DNA of 64,000 nt from Acidobacteria bacterium RIFCSPLOWO2_02_FULL_67_21 (lineage in GTDB: Bacteria > Acidobacteriota > Vicinamibacteria > Vicinamibacterales > UBA2999). Below the pieces are notes generated by a model. That model saw only the letters and a list, made by a program, of their open reading frames with translations. It had not been told where the DNA came from and ran no database searches. Within the stretch, counting starts at the first letter, position 1. Each line of letters starts with the position of its first letter. The DNA lies in the NCBI GenBank assembly GCA_001767195.1, contig MEKU01000003.1:20710-84709 (forward strand), read 5' to 3'. Below are positions 35,147 through 45,033 of this stretch, piece by piece. Position numbers and translations under genes: made by a program.

Positions 35147-36031
35147 CTACTTGACGACCCGACCACGCTTGCGTCCCGGCCGCGCGGATCCCGCAAATTC
35201 GTCCAGCCGGGCTACGATCGTTGCGAAGCTCCGCCAATTGTCGGTCTGCTGTTTCCCTTGATGACGCCTTTTCTTGTTTGCTCGTCTAGTTGCCATCGGT
35301 TCCAACTGAGTACTATGCGGCGTAACTTCGTCGCTTGGTTGACCGCTTGAAACGAAGCGGCGCGCATCACCCGCCCTCGTGCCTGAGGCGACCTTCGTGG
35401 CTTCCGTCGCCTGGTGGTCAACTGCGACACCGATCGCCTTCATGTCCGCTTCATTCGGCGTCTCTTGGTTCGACTCTCGGTTGTGAAGATGCTCGTTTCC
35501 GAGTGGCGTATCGGCGGCGGTCCGGGCAGCTTCCGCAGCTACGCGGCGGGCCTCGGCGGCTCTCCCATCTGCCGCTATCCGGGCGACTTCCTCGGCAGCG
35601 CGCTGCTCCTGCTGCATTCTCGCCTCGGCAGCCGCCCTAGCGGCCGTTGCGACGGCACGCCGCTCTTCAGCCACAAGTGCCTCGGCCGCGGCTTTGGCGC
35701 CGCGTTCCTCGGCGGCCTTCGCGTCCGCGATGATTCCCGCGGCTTGCTGCTCGTCGGCGATGCATGCTTCAGCTGAGACCCGAGCGACGTTGTGGACCGC
35801 CTGCCGCTCGTGCATGGTTTTGGCCTCCGCCGCCGAAGACGTTGCCTGGCGCTCTTCCACCGCACGATCGACCGCCCCCGTGAGACTGGCCGGGGTCGCG
35901 CGAGGCTTTTGCGGTGGCTTCGGCTCTGCCACGCCCTCGCGATCATAGGCGGAGCCCGCTTCACGGACCTCGTCACTCGGCGCGAGCGCCCATTCTCCAT
36001 ACCGCGATGTTCGCCACGTGGTCATGCGCAT
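35147..36031 (-). CDS. Ala/Glu/Arg-rich low-complexity (coiled-coil-like) protein with a basic C-terminus
   Basis: 294-aa ORF with degenerate A-A-E-x-R repeats and a Lys/Arg-rich tail (RRANKKRRHQGK...GRKRGRVVK). No recognisable family. Confidence 0.45.
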   Translation of the reverse strand: MRMTTWRTSRYGEWALAPSDEVREAGSAYDREGVAEPKPPQKPRATPASLTGAVDRAVEERQATSSAAEAKTMHERQAVHNVARVSAEACIADEQQAAGIIADAKAAEERGAKAAAEALVAEERRAVATAARAAAEARMQQEQRAAEEVARIAADGRAAEARRVAAEAARTAADTPLGNEHLHNRESNQETPNEADMKAIGVAVDHQATEATKVASGTRAGDARRFVSSGQPSDEVTPHSTQLEPMATRRANKKRRHQGKQQTDNWRSFATIVARLDEFAGSARPGRKRGRVVK

Positions 36032-36402
36032 CGGTCTTCGCGAATGACCGGCGATCTCTGTCAGAGAGACGCCAGGTTTTCAACAGCCGAAAATAAGATC
36101 ATGGTCCTGAAGACAAGAGACTGACGACAGGATGAATATCAGTTGTACAAATGGTCGCGAAGATCATGAATCCGACAACGCATCGGAGTAGGCGTGCGGC
36201 TCACCGCAGGTCGTCGTCTCGATGCCGTTAGTCGCCAAGTACGACAGAGCCTGGCGCCGTGGCCAGAAATCATCAGAGCTTTCCGAGTAGAATCCGGCGA
36301 CGCCAGCCGGATCTTGAGCACGCGCCATGAGCACATTCGTGTTGCCACGGTTTCACATCGCCGACCTCTGAGGAGGAACAATGAGAATGTTCGCAAAAGA
36401 CA

Positions 36403-37002
36403 GTGTTAGCCGCTGTGATGCTCACCGCAACGCTTGCGACCAGCCGAGACGCGTTTGCGCAGTCTGAGAACGACTGTACGAGTTTGCTGAGCTACACCGA
36501 CCTGAAGAACGCAATGGGGATCGCCGCCGCAGGCGCCGGCTCCGGCATCACCTGTGCGAACCGGGGTTTTGGGAACCCGATGTGGGGACCCGTCGTGAAT
36601 CGCGACGGAGTTGTCTGCGTCGTCGTGTTCACAGGGACGACACGCGACGACCAATGGCCAGGCAGCAGAGTCATCTCTGCGCAGAAGGCCACTACTGCGA
36701 ACGCGTTCAGCCTGAACAGTCTGGCATTGTCCACGGCGAACCCATATCGACTGGTGCAGCCAGGCCACAGTCTCTTCGGGCTGCCAGAAAGCAATCCCGT
36801 TGACACTGACGTTGCCTACAAGGGACCGAGCGCACCTACGGACAACCCAACGACGCCATGGTGGGGCCAAAGAATCGGTGGTGTGAATGTCTTTGGCGGG
36901 GGCTTGGCGCGCTCCAAAGACGGTCAGGTAATCGGCGGATTAGGCGTCAGCGGCGATACGTCATGCCGTAAGCTTCCCCGATCGATTGACAGTCGAAGGT
37001 AG
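36403..37002 (+). pseudogene. GlcG/HbpS-like (DUF336) secreted protein, apparently damaged at both ends
   Basis: Signal-like LAAVMLTATLATSRDAFAQ and the family pattern GGLGVSGDTSC near the end. The usual C-terminal helix is replaced by RKLPRSIDSRR-stop. A perfect AGGAGG plus ATG (36381) sits upstream but in a different frame. Confidence 0.5.
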
Positions 37003-37944
37003 ACTGCTCCGGGTCTGCTATTGAAATTGAAGTGGGCTACCGCTCACCCGATCCGGTCGGCTGGCGGCTGTTGATCCCTGGGTGACTCCCGCAGGACAAA
37101 CGTCACTCACCTCCCATCTAGCGGGAGGTTCGGGTGGCATTTCTAGAGATCGGCAGAAACACTCCTGGAATTTCAGAGAGTTCCGCACGGAAGGAGATGC
37201 GGCGGTTGCTGATTACCATGCGGTTAAGGCCATCTTTGCATCTGGGCGTCGTCTGGCAGGGGCTTTGCTCGGCCAGGATTCAGGCGTGATGAACTCTCTT
37301 CAAAGCGTGTGCGCGTTCCAAAGGGGGATTACCATCGACGGCGTCGCGGCACGGCAATCCGCGCCCAGTCACGCCGGGGACACTCCCCTCCGCTGGCTTG
37401 GGCTCCTTGCAGCGGCGCTATCAGGCATCCTTAGCGGCTCACTGCTCGTGACGATCGGATGGTTCGTGAGTTCGTGGCGTGGCGGTCGAATCGTCGGACT
37501 TGTTTTGGTGGGACTTGGGGCGGCCGGCCCCATACTCACTGTGGCCGCAGTTACCGCAGTTCAGACCGCACCAAAACTCCAGCGTCCATAAACTCGGTGC
37601 CGCGAATCCTGCTGAACCACGCAACTGACGCCGATTCGAAGAACAGCGCGATCTCGCTCCAACTTGGAACGATCAGGGACGCCAACGCCCGTTGCATTCG
37701 ACGACACCCTCAAGTAATCCGTTAATCACGTCACCTATCTACCGTAATCGGGTGCCCTTCGCTCGAAACGTGCCCATAACGTTTCAGCGATTCTGTGACC
37801 GGCATCGAGGTCCGCCACGACCCCCCTTCGTCGATGGCTTGCCGCTTTCAGCTCCCACTTCTTGCGGGCGTAGAACGCAGCGATGATCTTCTAAGATCCA
37901 GCAAGTCTGCGTCTTGCGGCGTCGACGACACTCGACAAGACGAT

Positions 37945-38625
37945 TGCTCCTACCGAGCGTGAGCACGAAGAGCCGCGTGCGTCGGTACTGGCCCGTCTGC
38001 GGGTGGCGCACCATCGGGCCGTCGCCGTAGTCGACCTGGCCTTCCTCGCCGGGCGCCGTGGTGATCACCACCCGTGCCTCCGCCGCCGTCGTCCCGCGGA
38101 GCGTCTGCACAAAGCGCCGGACACTGGCATACCGCGCGCGCAAGCCGTGATCGTCGACGAGGTCCTGCCAGATCGCCATCGCGTTGCGTCCGCGCCCGAG
38201 CGCCTCGGCGACGAGCTCTCGGTACGGCTCGCATGCGCTCGCACTCGGCGCACGGCCCGGACGCGCGGCCGGAGCTGAGTCGGTGGACACCTCCGCCCAC
38301 CCTGGTGGCCGGTTTTGGGGCCTCCGAGTCGGTGGACACCTCCTCGGAAATTGCCGGTTTTGGTTCTGATTCGCTGGAACGACCGCGGCCCCGTACCGGA
38401 ATGCCGGCCGCTTTCAGGTAGCCGCCGATCGTCTCGCGGCGGACGCCGGTCGCCTCCTGGATGCGGGACAGCGTCCCGCCCAAACGCCCCAGCGCGCGGA
38501 TTTCCTGCTGTTTGTGGTCGTCCAAGACGTTGCTCATGCCAGCGACGGAACCTGCGTTCCGTGCCCGCGTCAACGTCTCGGCCGGGTCAGTTAATTGCCG
38601 GTTTTGGGTGTCCACCGAGGGGTGG
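37945..38625 (-). mobile_element. istA: Truncated IS21-family element (left end plus frameshifted 5' part of istA)
   Basis: istA starts at 38537 (MSNVLDDHKQQEIRALGRLGGTLSRIQEATGVRRETIGGYLKAAGI). It continues in another frame (EPYRELVAEALGRGRNAMAIWQDLVDDHG...QVDYGDGPMV...TRLFVLTLG) and stops matching near 37945. Terminal repeat block at 38570-38622. Confidence 0.75.
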
Positions 38626-39349
38626 TTGCGGGCGTCGCGGACGCCAGTGGGATTGAACTTCTTTCATCCCAAATGGTTGAGAACCTGCAGCCGGGGTGGC
38701 AACCTTCACCCATCAGCCACACCAATCGTCGACAAAGACATTTCACGGATAAGTCTGATTGTCTCCAGATTCCTGAGTCGGCCTCACGCCACGCGTCATG
38801 GTTTGCAGCAGCACTCGCGATGGCAGCGCCATTGCTCACAACCCTTCTGTGGCCGATTGCATTTCCGATATCAAGCGTCGCATGGCGTTGCTCGAACTGT
38901 TATCCATAACGGATGCGGCAGACGCACGCCGCCGCCGTCGCCATGTTAGTTCTTCAGGGACGCCCGATCGACATGAACAGGTACCAGCGATCGTAGCGGC
39001 GTACGTGCAAATGAGGCTGAGCGAATTGCATGAACGGGAAATGCTTCGCCACGCAAGGGAATCATGAACAAGCTGCTGCGGCTGTGTCTCGCGTGCATTT
39101 CTATCTGGCATCGTGAACGCGAAGATTGGCTGATGGAAGGCGGGATGCCGCGGTGAGAGCGTCCAGCACGATTTCTACTCACGCCAGCATGGGCCACACG
39201 GACTGATATTCATCACTTGCACCCCTCCATCCGCGCGAGAGTGCCGAGCATACGCCGCTCGCGCTCTCGCGTCCCGCCTCGGGAGTGTTCCGCGCGAATC
39301 CCATCGAGCCCACATGTGGGGACTGTCTCCCGATTCGGCTGCGCATGTG

Positions 39350-39925
39350 CAATAATCATCCGTTTCATGTCGACGTGCTCATCGTCGACGAGCTGGGCTT
39401 CGTGCCCTTTGACCGCCCCGGGGGCGAGCTGCTCTTCAATCTGCTCACCGACCGCTATGAGCGCCGCGCCACCGTCGTCACGACCAATCTTGCCTTCGCC
39501 GAATGGGTCACCGTCTTCGCCGGCGACGAGAAGCTGACGACCGCCCTGCTGGACCGCTTGGCGCATCACGCGACCGTGCTCACCACCAAAGGCAAGAGCT
39601 ATCGCATGCGCAAGCGCCGCAACCGCGAGGAGCCGTCGTGATCCCGTCGAGCGACCGTGGTCACCTCGTCACGTCCATCTTCGCCGTACACGGTGGGCGC
39701 TCGCCGGCCCAGGCCGGCTCACGCTGCCTGGAAGATCCCGAAGGAGGGATCAGATGTTTTGTCGTCAGGTCAGGACCACGTAGAATGAACCGCCCTCAGG
39801 TGGATCACTTTCCGAGCGGCGCGCGCAGATTACAGGCTCCTCCCGCGCGTCAACGTCTCGGCCGCGGTCAGTTAATTGCCGGTTTTGAGGTGTCGATTAA
39901 TTGCCGGTTTTGGGTGTCCACCGAG
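39350..39925 (+). mobile_element. istB: IS21-family remnant: 3' part of istB plus the right terminal repeat block
   Basis: VLIVDELGFVPFDRPGGELLFNLLTDRYERRATVVTTNLAFAEWVTVFAGDEKLTTALLDRLAHHATVLTTKGKSYRM is the IstB C-terminal half (stop at 39641). 39849-39925 repeats the 38570-38622 block, with AATTGCCGGTTTTG duplicated. Confidence 0.75.
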
Positions 39926-40175
39926 GCGATCGACCGTGACGGACACACGACGCTCTACGGCCGTGCAGCTTCCGTTTGGTGAAACCTTCTTTTGCGCTGG
40001 GTTATAAGGCCTGAACGCGTCCGCATTGCATGCCGCTTCGTTCTCGCTGCTCTATCGATGGATTGCCGTGCCTGGCACTGATCCGATTCGGTGGACGGTT
40101 TAGTTACGCTGTTTGAGTCTCCGTAGTTCTGTCTTGTTTCCATGCAAACGACGAGGACCGGCTTGTGGGAATGTG

Positions 40176-40235
40176 GGAATCTCGCGTGGTGTGCGAGATT
40201 TCCAAGTCCCTGTGGAAACCGTTCTTGGGTTTCCA
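40176..40235. repeat. Two adjacent 7-nt-loop stem-loops sharing GGAAA/TTTCC arms
   Basis: GGAATCTCGC-gtggtgt-GCGAGATTTCC (40176-40203) and TGGAAACC-gttcttg-GGTTTCCA (40213-40235). They are flanked by TGTGGGAA (40164-40179) and TTTCCACA (40247-40254). Confidence 0.6.
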
Positions 40236-40661
40236 TAGGGACGTCATTTCCACAGCCGTCTGGTCCGTGCGCGTCAGCGCGCCCGGAATTCAGGGATGCT
40301 GTACCCCTGTCGGCTCGTCGATCATCGTTCCTGGCGCCTCCTACGCGGCCGTTGTGATCGGCCGATCCATCTGATCGCTCACCGGCGGTTTCCCCGAGTC
40401 CCTGGTGGGCGCGTGCTTCGCGTCCACAGGGACGACGGCGTCCGCGCCTTAGGCCGCCGCGCGCCGCTCGAACGCCGCCGGACTGATCTGGCCCAGCGTT
40501 GAGTGTCGCCGCCGTTGGTTATAGAACACTTCGATGTATCGAACTTATGTGGCCGGTTTAGTCCAAGTTCGATTATGTTGGCGTCGTACTTATGTGGCGG
40601 CGCGCGGATTGTCGCCGTGAAATCGGCAGTGATTCTCATTGTGCCGTCACATAAGGAAGGG

Positions 40662-41685
40662 CTACAGACTCCGAAGAAAGGTGAGGAGGTCCCGGTTGTC
40701 CTTCCAGATCGGCGGTCCACTATCGTCCGGCTGGACGGCGCAGGTCGCGAGTGCCTTGGCCTTGGTGGCGAGGTCGATCTCGGCATAGATGTTCGTGGTT
40801 TCGATCGAGACGTGGCCAAGCCACGCGCGGATGGTGTTGATATCGACGCCGGCCCGGAGCAAGTGGGTCGCGGTCGTGTGCCGAATCGTGTGGGGGCTCA
40901 CGCGCTTGCGCTGAAGACTCGGCATGTGAGATGCGGCGTGCCGCGCGTGCCGCGCCACGAGATCATGCACACCGAATCGCGTCATCGCACGAGCGCGTCG
41001 GTTGACGAAGACCGGCGCCGTCGCCAGCCGATCGGCGATCAGCGTGTTCAGGACCGTCGCTGTGTTCGTCCACAGTGGACACCGCCGCACTTTCGATCCC
41101 TTGCCCAGGAGTCGGACTGAGGCGGGATGCGTATCCGGACAGATCGAGGTCACCGATGGTGACGTTGGCGACTTCGGTGGCACGCGCGCCGGAGTTGTAG
41201 AGGAAGAGGAGCACCGCGTAGTCGCGGAAACCCTGTCGCGTCGTGCGGTCAGGCGCGTCGAGCAGCGCGTCCATCTCTGGTTTTTCGAGGTAACAGACGG
41301 CGTCGCGCATCGCTCTCTTGAACGGAATCCGACAGACGTCGGTACACCATGGCAGATGTTCGGGGCTGCGTTCGCCGATGTACCGGGCCAGCGAGTGGAG
41401 CGCGGCTAATCGTTGATTTCGTGTCGCGACACCGCAGTGGCGCGTGCTTTCGAGGTGGCTGAGGAATCGGCGGATGCTGTCTGCCGTCGCGTGACTGATG
41501 GTCAGTCGATCGACGGTGGCCTTCGTGGTGGCCGCGAGGAATGGGATCAAGAGGCACAGGGTGTCCCGATAGCTGCGCTGCGTGTTCGACGCGAAGTTGC
41601 GCTCGCCGACCAGGTACTCCAGCAGGAAACGCCGTACCCATGGGCCCAGCATATCGGTGTCACGCACGGGACACCTCCAGGGCAT
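40662..41685 (-). pseudogene. Tyrosine recombinase, third gene of the trio (RitC-like), frameshifted near 41120-41145
   Basis: ORF 40963..41685 supplies the N-terminal SAM-like domain up to ...SGARATEVANVTIGDLDL. ORF 40662..41183, in another frame, supplies ...VRLLGKGSKVRRCPLW...HTIRHTTATHLL...LGHVSIETTNIYAEI. Confidence 0.75.
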
Positions 41686-42583
41686 AGCGCTCGAAACGGC
41701 GATTCGCCTGCTCGAGGAGTTCGGGAATCATCGTGAGATACCGCTGCGTCGAGACCATCCGGCGATGACCGAGGTAGGTTGACAGATGCGGCACAAGACG
41801 TTGGACATCTGCACCTTCGCGGTACCACGCCACCAGCCGGTTCACCGCGAAGGAATGCCGCAGGTCATGCAGCCGAGCACGGCCATCGATGCCCGCACGT
41901 GCGCGCAGGTGCACGAAATTCAGCCGTGCCATCGGGATGGTGATCGCCGTGCTCCGAGTGGTGATGAAAAACGGCGCGTCGGCTTCCCGTGCCGGACCGC
42001 GCGGCGCGCGCGCCGCGTGGGTGATCAGGCGATCGAGGAGGGTGGGACCGAGTGGCAGCGCGCGTGCCTTGAAAAACTTCGTCTCGCGAATCAGCAGCAC
42101 GCCAGCCTCCAGGTCGACGTCGCCGCGCGTGAGGTTCACAGCTTCGCTGATGCGCAGCCCGGCGCCGTAGAGGAGGAGCAGGAGCACTCGAAACGTCGGA
42201 GCTGCGATCTGACACCCTCGCCGGGCCTGATTGCTATCGATCGCGGCGAGCAACCGGCGCAGCTCGTCGTCATCATAGATGTGTGGCACAAACGTCGATA
42301 CGATGCGGGGCACGACCGTGGGCACCGGTGTCTGCGTGATGCGGCCTCGGGCGATCCAGTGGCGATAGAAGGCGCGGAGGGTGCGATGTTTGTTGAGCCA
42401 CGTCGTAGTCATGCGCCCGCGCCCTGATAGAAAGGCGGACACGGCATCGGGCGCTACGTCGGCGAGTTGCACATCACCGACGTGGCGACGAAACGCCTGC
42501 AAGATTTGGCGTTGGCTCCGAAAGCGCATGCCCATCGACTGCTTGAGATCGACGTAATGAGTGATCGCATCCGCCAGCCTCAT
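41660..42583 (-). CDS. Tyrosine recombinase, second gene of the trio (RitB-like)
   Basis: 307 aa with LLLLYGAGLRISEA, HDLRHSFAVNRL and LGHRRMVSTQRYL. The start overlaps the stop of the first gene by 4 nt. Confidence 0.85.
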   Translation of the reverse strand: MRLADAITHYVDLKQSMGMRFRSQRQILQAFRRHVGDVQLADVAPDAVSAFLSGRGRMTTTWLNKHRTLRAFYRHWIARGRITQTPVPTVVPRIVSTFVPHIYDDDELRRLLAAIDSNQARRGCQIAAPTFRVLLLLLYGAGLRISEAVNLTRGDVDLEAGVLLIRETKFFKARALPLGPTLLDRLITHAARAPRGPAREADAPFFITTRSTAITIPMARLNFVHLRARAGIDGRARLHDLRHSFAVNRLVAWYREGADVQRLVPHLSTYLGHRRMVSTQRYLTMIPELLEQANRRFERYALEVSRA

Positions 42584-43827
42584 CGCAGCCCTCCGAGATC
42601 GAAACGGGCCACTTCTCGAAGACCGGGGAAGTCGACTTTGGCGTAGATGGCGGTCGCGTCCGCACTCTGATGGCCGAGGTGGTCACCGATGTCCTTCAAT
42701 GACCAGCCTTCGGCAAGTAATCGCGTCGCACACGCGTGGCGCAAGGCGTGCGGCCCGTGATGCCGCGTCTGCACGCCGCGCGCGAGCAGCGGCTGACTCG
42801 CGAGGCTCCAGAGCCCGGCGCAGGAGAGCGGCCGGTACGGGGCGAGCAACGTGAGAAACACGTGTCGCCACTCACATCGCGCACGGACGGTGGCGATGTA
42901 GCGCACCAGCGCCCCACCCGTTTCGTTGGTCAGAGGATACACGTGCACGTCCTGCCGCTTGGACCGACGCACGCGAATGAGGTTGTGCTCCCAGTCGAGA
43001 TCGTCCAGCGTCAGCCGCGCGACTTCACCGACGCGAAATCCGTAGGTGGCAAACAGCAGCAGTGCGGCCCGGCGCCGAATGTCGGCCGGACGATTCGTGT
43101 CGTACCGCCGGATCATGGTCATCACGTCGGCCCACGACGGTCCCGCCGGCAGCGTTTCATGATCGAAGAGTCGCGGACCAGTAATGGTCACTGCAATGCC
43201 GGCCCGACACTGCTGCGTCGCTTCCGCATAGCGAAAGAACGCGCGCAGCGCCTGGGCGGCAATCGCGATCGATCGCCGACTCCACGTGCCCTTCCCCTTC
43301 ACGGCGAGAAAATCATCGACGTCCTGAATCGTCACGTCGGCAAACGGCCGATCGAGGCGCGCGTACCACGCGAGGAAGGTCCCCGTTTTCCATCGATGCG
43401 ACTGGATCGAGGCCGGCGCCAGCCCTTGCGCGTCCGTCATGTCGGCGGTGAAATCGTCGAGCACGGTCTGGAATGGAGGCACGGTCGGTGGTATCTCGCT
43501 CCAGCGGCCCAGATACCGGAGCCACTGTTCCGCCCAGTACCGAAAGTTCCGGATTGACAGCCGGCGACTCGTGCTGTGATGGCGCCGCAGTTGATGCGCG
43601 GCCCAACGCCGCGCCGCGGCCTGCACGACCGCTGCCTCCAAGGGGCCTGTGCCGGAGAGATCGAGACGGGTCGCGATGACGATCAGTTCGCACGCGACGG
43701 CTCTCAGGGTGTCGCGCGCGTACCCGAGGCCCTTCAAGTGAACGAGAAAGCGTCGTCGCTCTTCAGAAAACGGGCTTTCGCACTGGCGGGAACGAGCGAT
43801 GGGACCGGCGAATAATTCCTCAAACAT
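42580..43827 (-). CDS. Tyrosine recombinase, first gene of the trio (RitA-like)
   Basis: 415 aa with the catalytic region HGPHALRHACATRLL...LGHQSADATAIYAKV (R/H-x-x-R/Y pattern). Confidence 0.85.
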   Translation of the reverse strand: MFEELFAGPIARSRQCESPFSEERRRFLVHLKGLGYARDTLRAVACELIVIATRLDLSGTGPLEAAVVQAAARRWAAHQLRRHHSTSRRLSIRNFRYWAEQWLRYLGRWSEIPPTVPPFQTVLDDFTADMTDAQGLAPASIQSHRWKTGTFLAWYARLDRPFADVTIQDVDDFLAVKGKGTWSRRSIAIAAQALRAFFRYAEATQQCRAGIAVTITGPRLFDHETLPAGPSWADVMTMIRRYDTNRPADIRRRAALLLFATYGFRVGEVARLTLDDLDWEHNLIRVRRSKRQDVHVYPLTNETGGALVRYIATVRARCEWRHVFLTLLAPYRPLSCAGLWSLASQPLLARGVQTRHHGPHALRHACATRLLAEGWSLKDIGDHLGHQSADATAIYAKVDFPGLREVARFDLGGLR

Positions 43828-43959
43828 CGGCGGACTCCTTTCAACGGAATCCGCAATTCTGAGCCTGGTACTTATGTGGACTTCGCCGCGGGCTCGCCTC
43901 GCAGCCGTTGCGCAACCGGCGGCCGTTCACCACATAACTGCGGCGCCAACATAATCGAA

Positions 43960-44721
43960 CAACTCCATCTTCGCGTCCCCATGGCTGTCGAAGTGCTCGC
44001 CGAGCTCGCTCTTGACCGTCGAGAAGAAACTTTCCATCACCGCGTTGTCGTAGCAGTTGCCGCGCCGGCTCATGCTGCACACGATACCGCGCGTGTCCAG
44101 GCGTGCCTGGTAATCCTCGCTCGCGTAGGTGCAGCCCTGGTCGGAGTGATGGAGTAGGCCGATCTCGGGACACCGCCGTTTGAGCGCCATCTCCAGGGCT
44201 TTGAGCGTCAGATGCCGGTCGTTCACGGCGCTGACGGCCCAGCCGACGATGAATCGCGAGAACAGATCCAGGATCGCCGCGAGGTAGAGCTTGCCACTGC
44301 TGCCGATGACGAACTCGGTCGTGTCCCCGACCCAGCGCTGATTCGGTGCCTCCGCCTCGAACCGCCGGTCCAAGAGATTCGCGGCGACCGGCTGATCGTG
44401 ATCACTCATCGTGGTGCACTTGTACCGCTTCCGGGCCCGCGCCTTGAGGCCCTCCTCCTGCATCAACCGCACGACGCGCTTGCGGCTGACCGGCTCCTGC
44501 TGCTCGAGGAGGTCCTTGTGGATGCGCGGGCTGCCGTACCGGTGCTTGCTCTCATCGAACGCGGCCCGCACCAGGACTTTCAATCGCCGGTCGTCCCGCG
44601 CGTGCGTCGACTCCGGTCGGCCTTGAGCGGCATAGAAGCCACTCGGGGACACCTGCAGGGTCTGACAGAGCACCGTGACCGGGAACTCGGCCTTCTCCGC
44701 GGCGATCCAGGCAAACGTCAC
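43960..44721 (-). pseudogene. IS3-family transposase OrfB (DDE integrase core), interrupted by the RIT element
   Basis: NQRWVGDTTEF...LAAILDLFSRFIVGW...HSDQGCTYAS...SMSRRGNCYDNAVMESFF (DDE/rve pattern). After ELFDY the ORF reads into the RIT inverted repeat and stops at 43927. The last 28 codons lie at 40450..40535. Confidence 0.85.
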
Positions 44722-45033
44722 GCCTGGTGCCTGGCGAAGAAGGCCGCGGCTTTTTTAGGATGTCACGCTCCATCCGCAACTCGCGGACTTCTTTGCGCAG
44801 CCGGGCCAACTCCGCCCGTTCCTCGGTCGTCAGGCCCGTCTTCCCCTGGCTCCGATCTGCACGCGCCTGTCGCCCCACTTCGCCAGCGACGAGGGCGTCA
44901 GGTCCAACTCGCGGGCGACGGCGCCGACCGTCTTGCCCTCCTCCAACACCAGCCGGACCGCGCCGACCATGAACTCGTCAGAAAACTGCCGGCGTGGCCG
45001 CCGGCTCGCGCTGCGCTTGGCCATTCGGGACAT
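44718..45033 (-). pseudogene. IS3-family OrfA (HTH) with two single-nt frame breaks
   Basis: MSRMAKRSASRRPRRQFSDEFMVGAVRLVLEEGKTVGAVARELDLTPSSLAKW in frame 0. GRQARADRSQGKTGLTTEERAELARLRKEVRELRMERDILKK in the next frame. AAAFFARHQA-stop in the third. The breaks coincide with a G-run near 44880 and the A6 run near 44750. Confidence 0.75.

Larger units (their letters stand above)
40536..43959 (-). mobile_element. Recombinase-in-trio (RIT) element: three tandem tyrosine recombinase genes with about 100-bp imperfect terminal inverted repeats
   Basis: Three consecutive, overlapping tyrosine recombinase ORFs. Ends carry inverted TTCGATTATGTTGGCG-N6-CTTATGTGG blocks (40568-40600 versus 43927-43959), each followed about 50 nt inward by CACATAAG. 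Confidence 0.8.

Noticed and set aside
37082-37591. 169-aa plus ORF ending in two hydrophobic helices
   Set aside because: It lies in patchy DNA next to IS remnants. The start is unclear and no family is recognisable. It may be a real small membrane protein from about 37289, but it is not supported well enough to list.
38798-39111. ORF 38798..39067 and an adjacent 30-aa ORF between the IS21 remnants
   Set aside because: No recognisable domains, lower-GC orphan DNA and no ribosome-binding sites.
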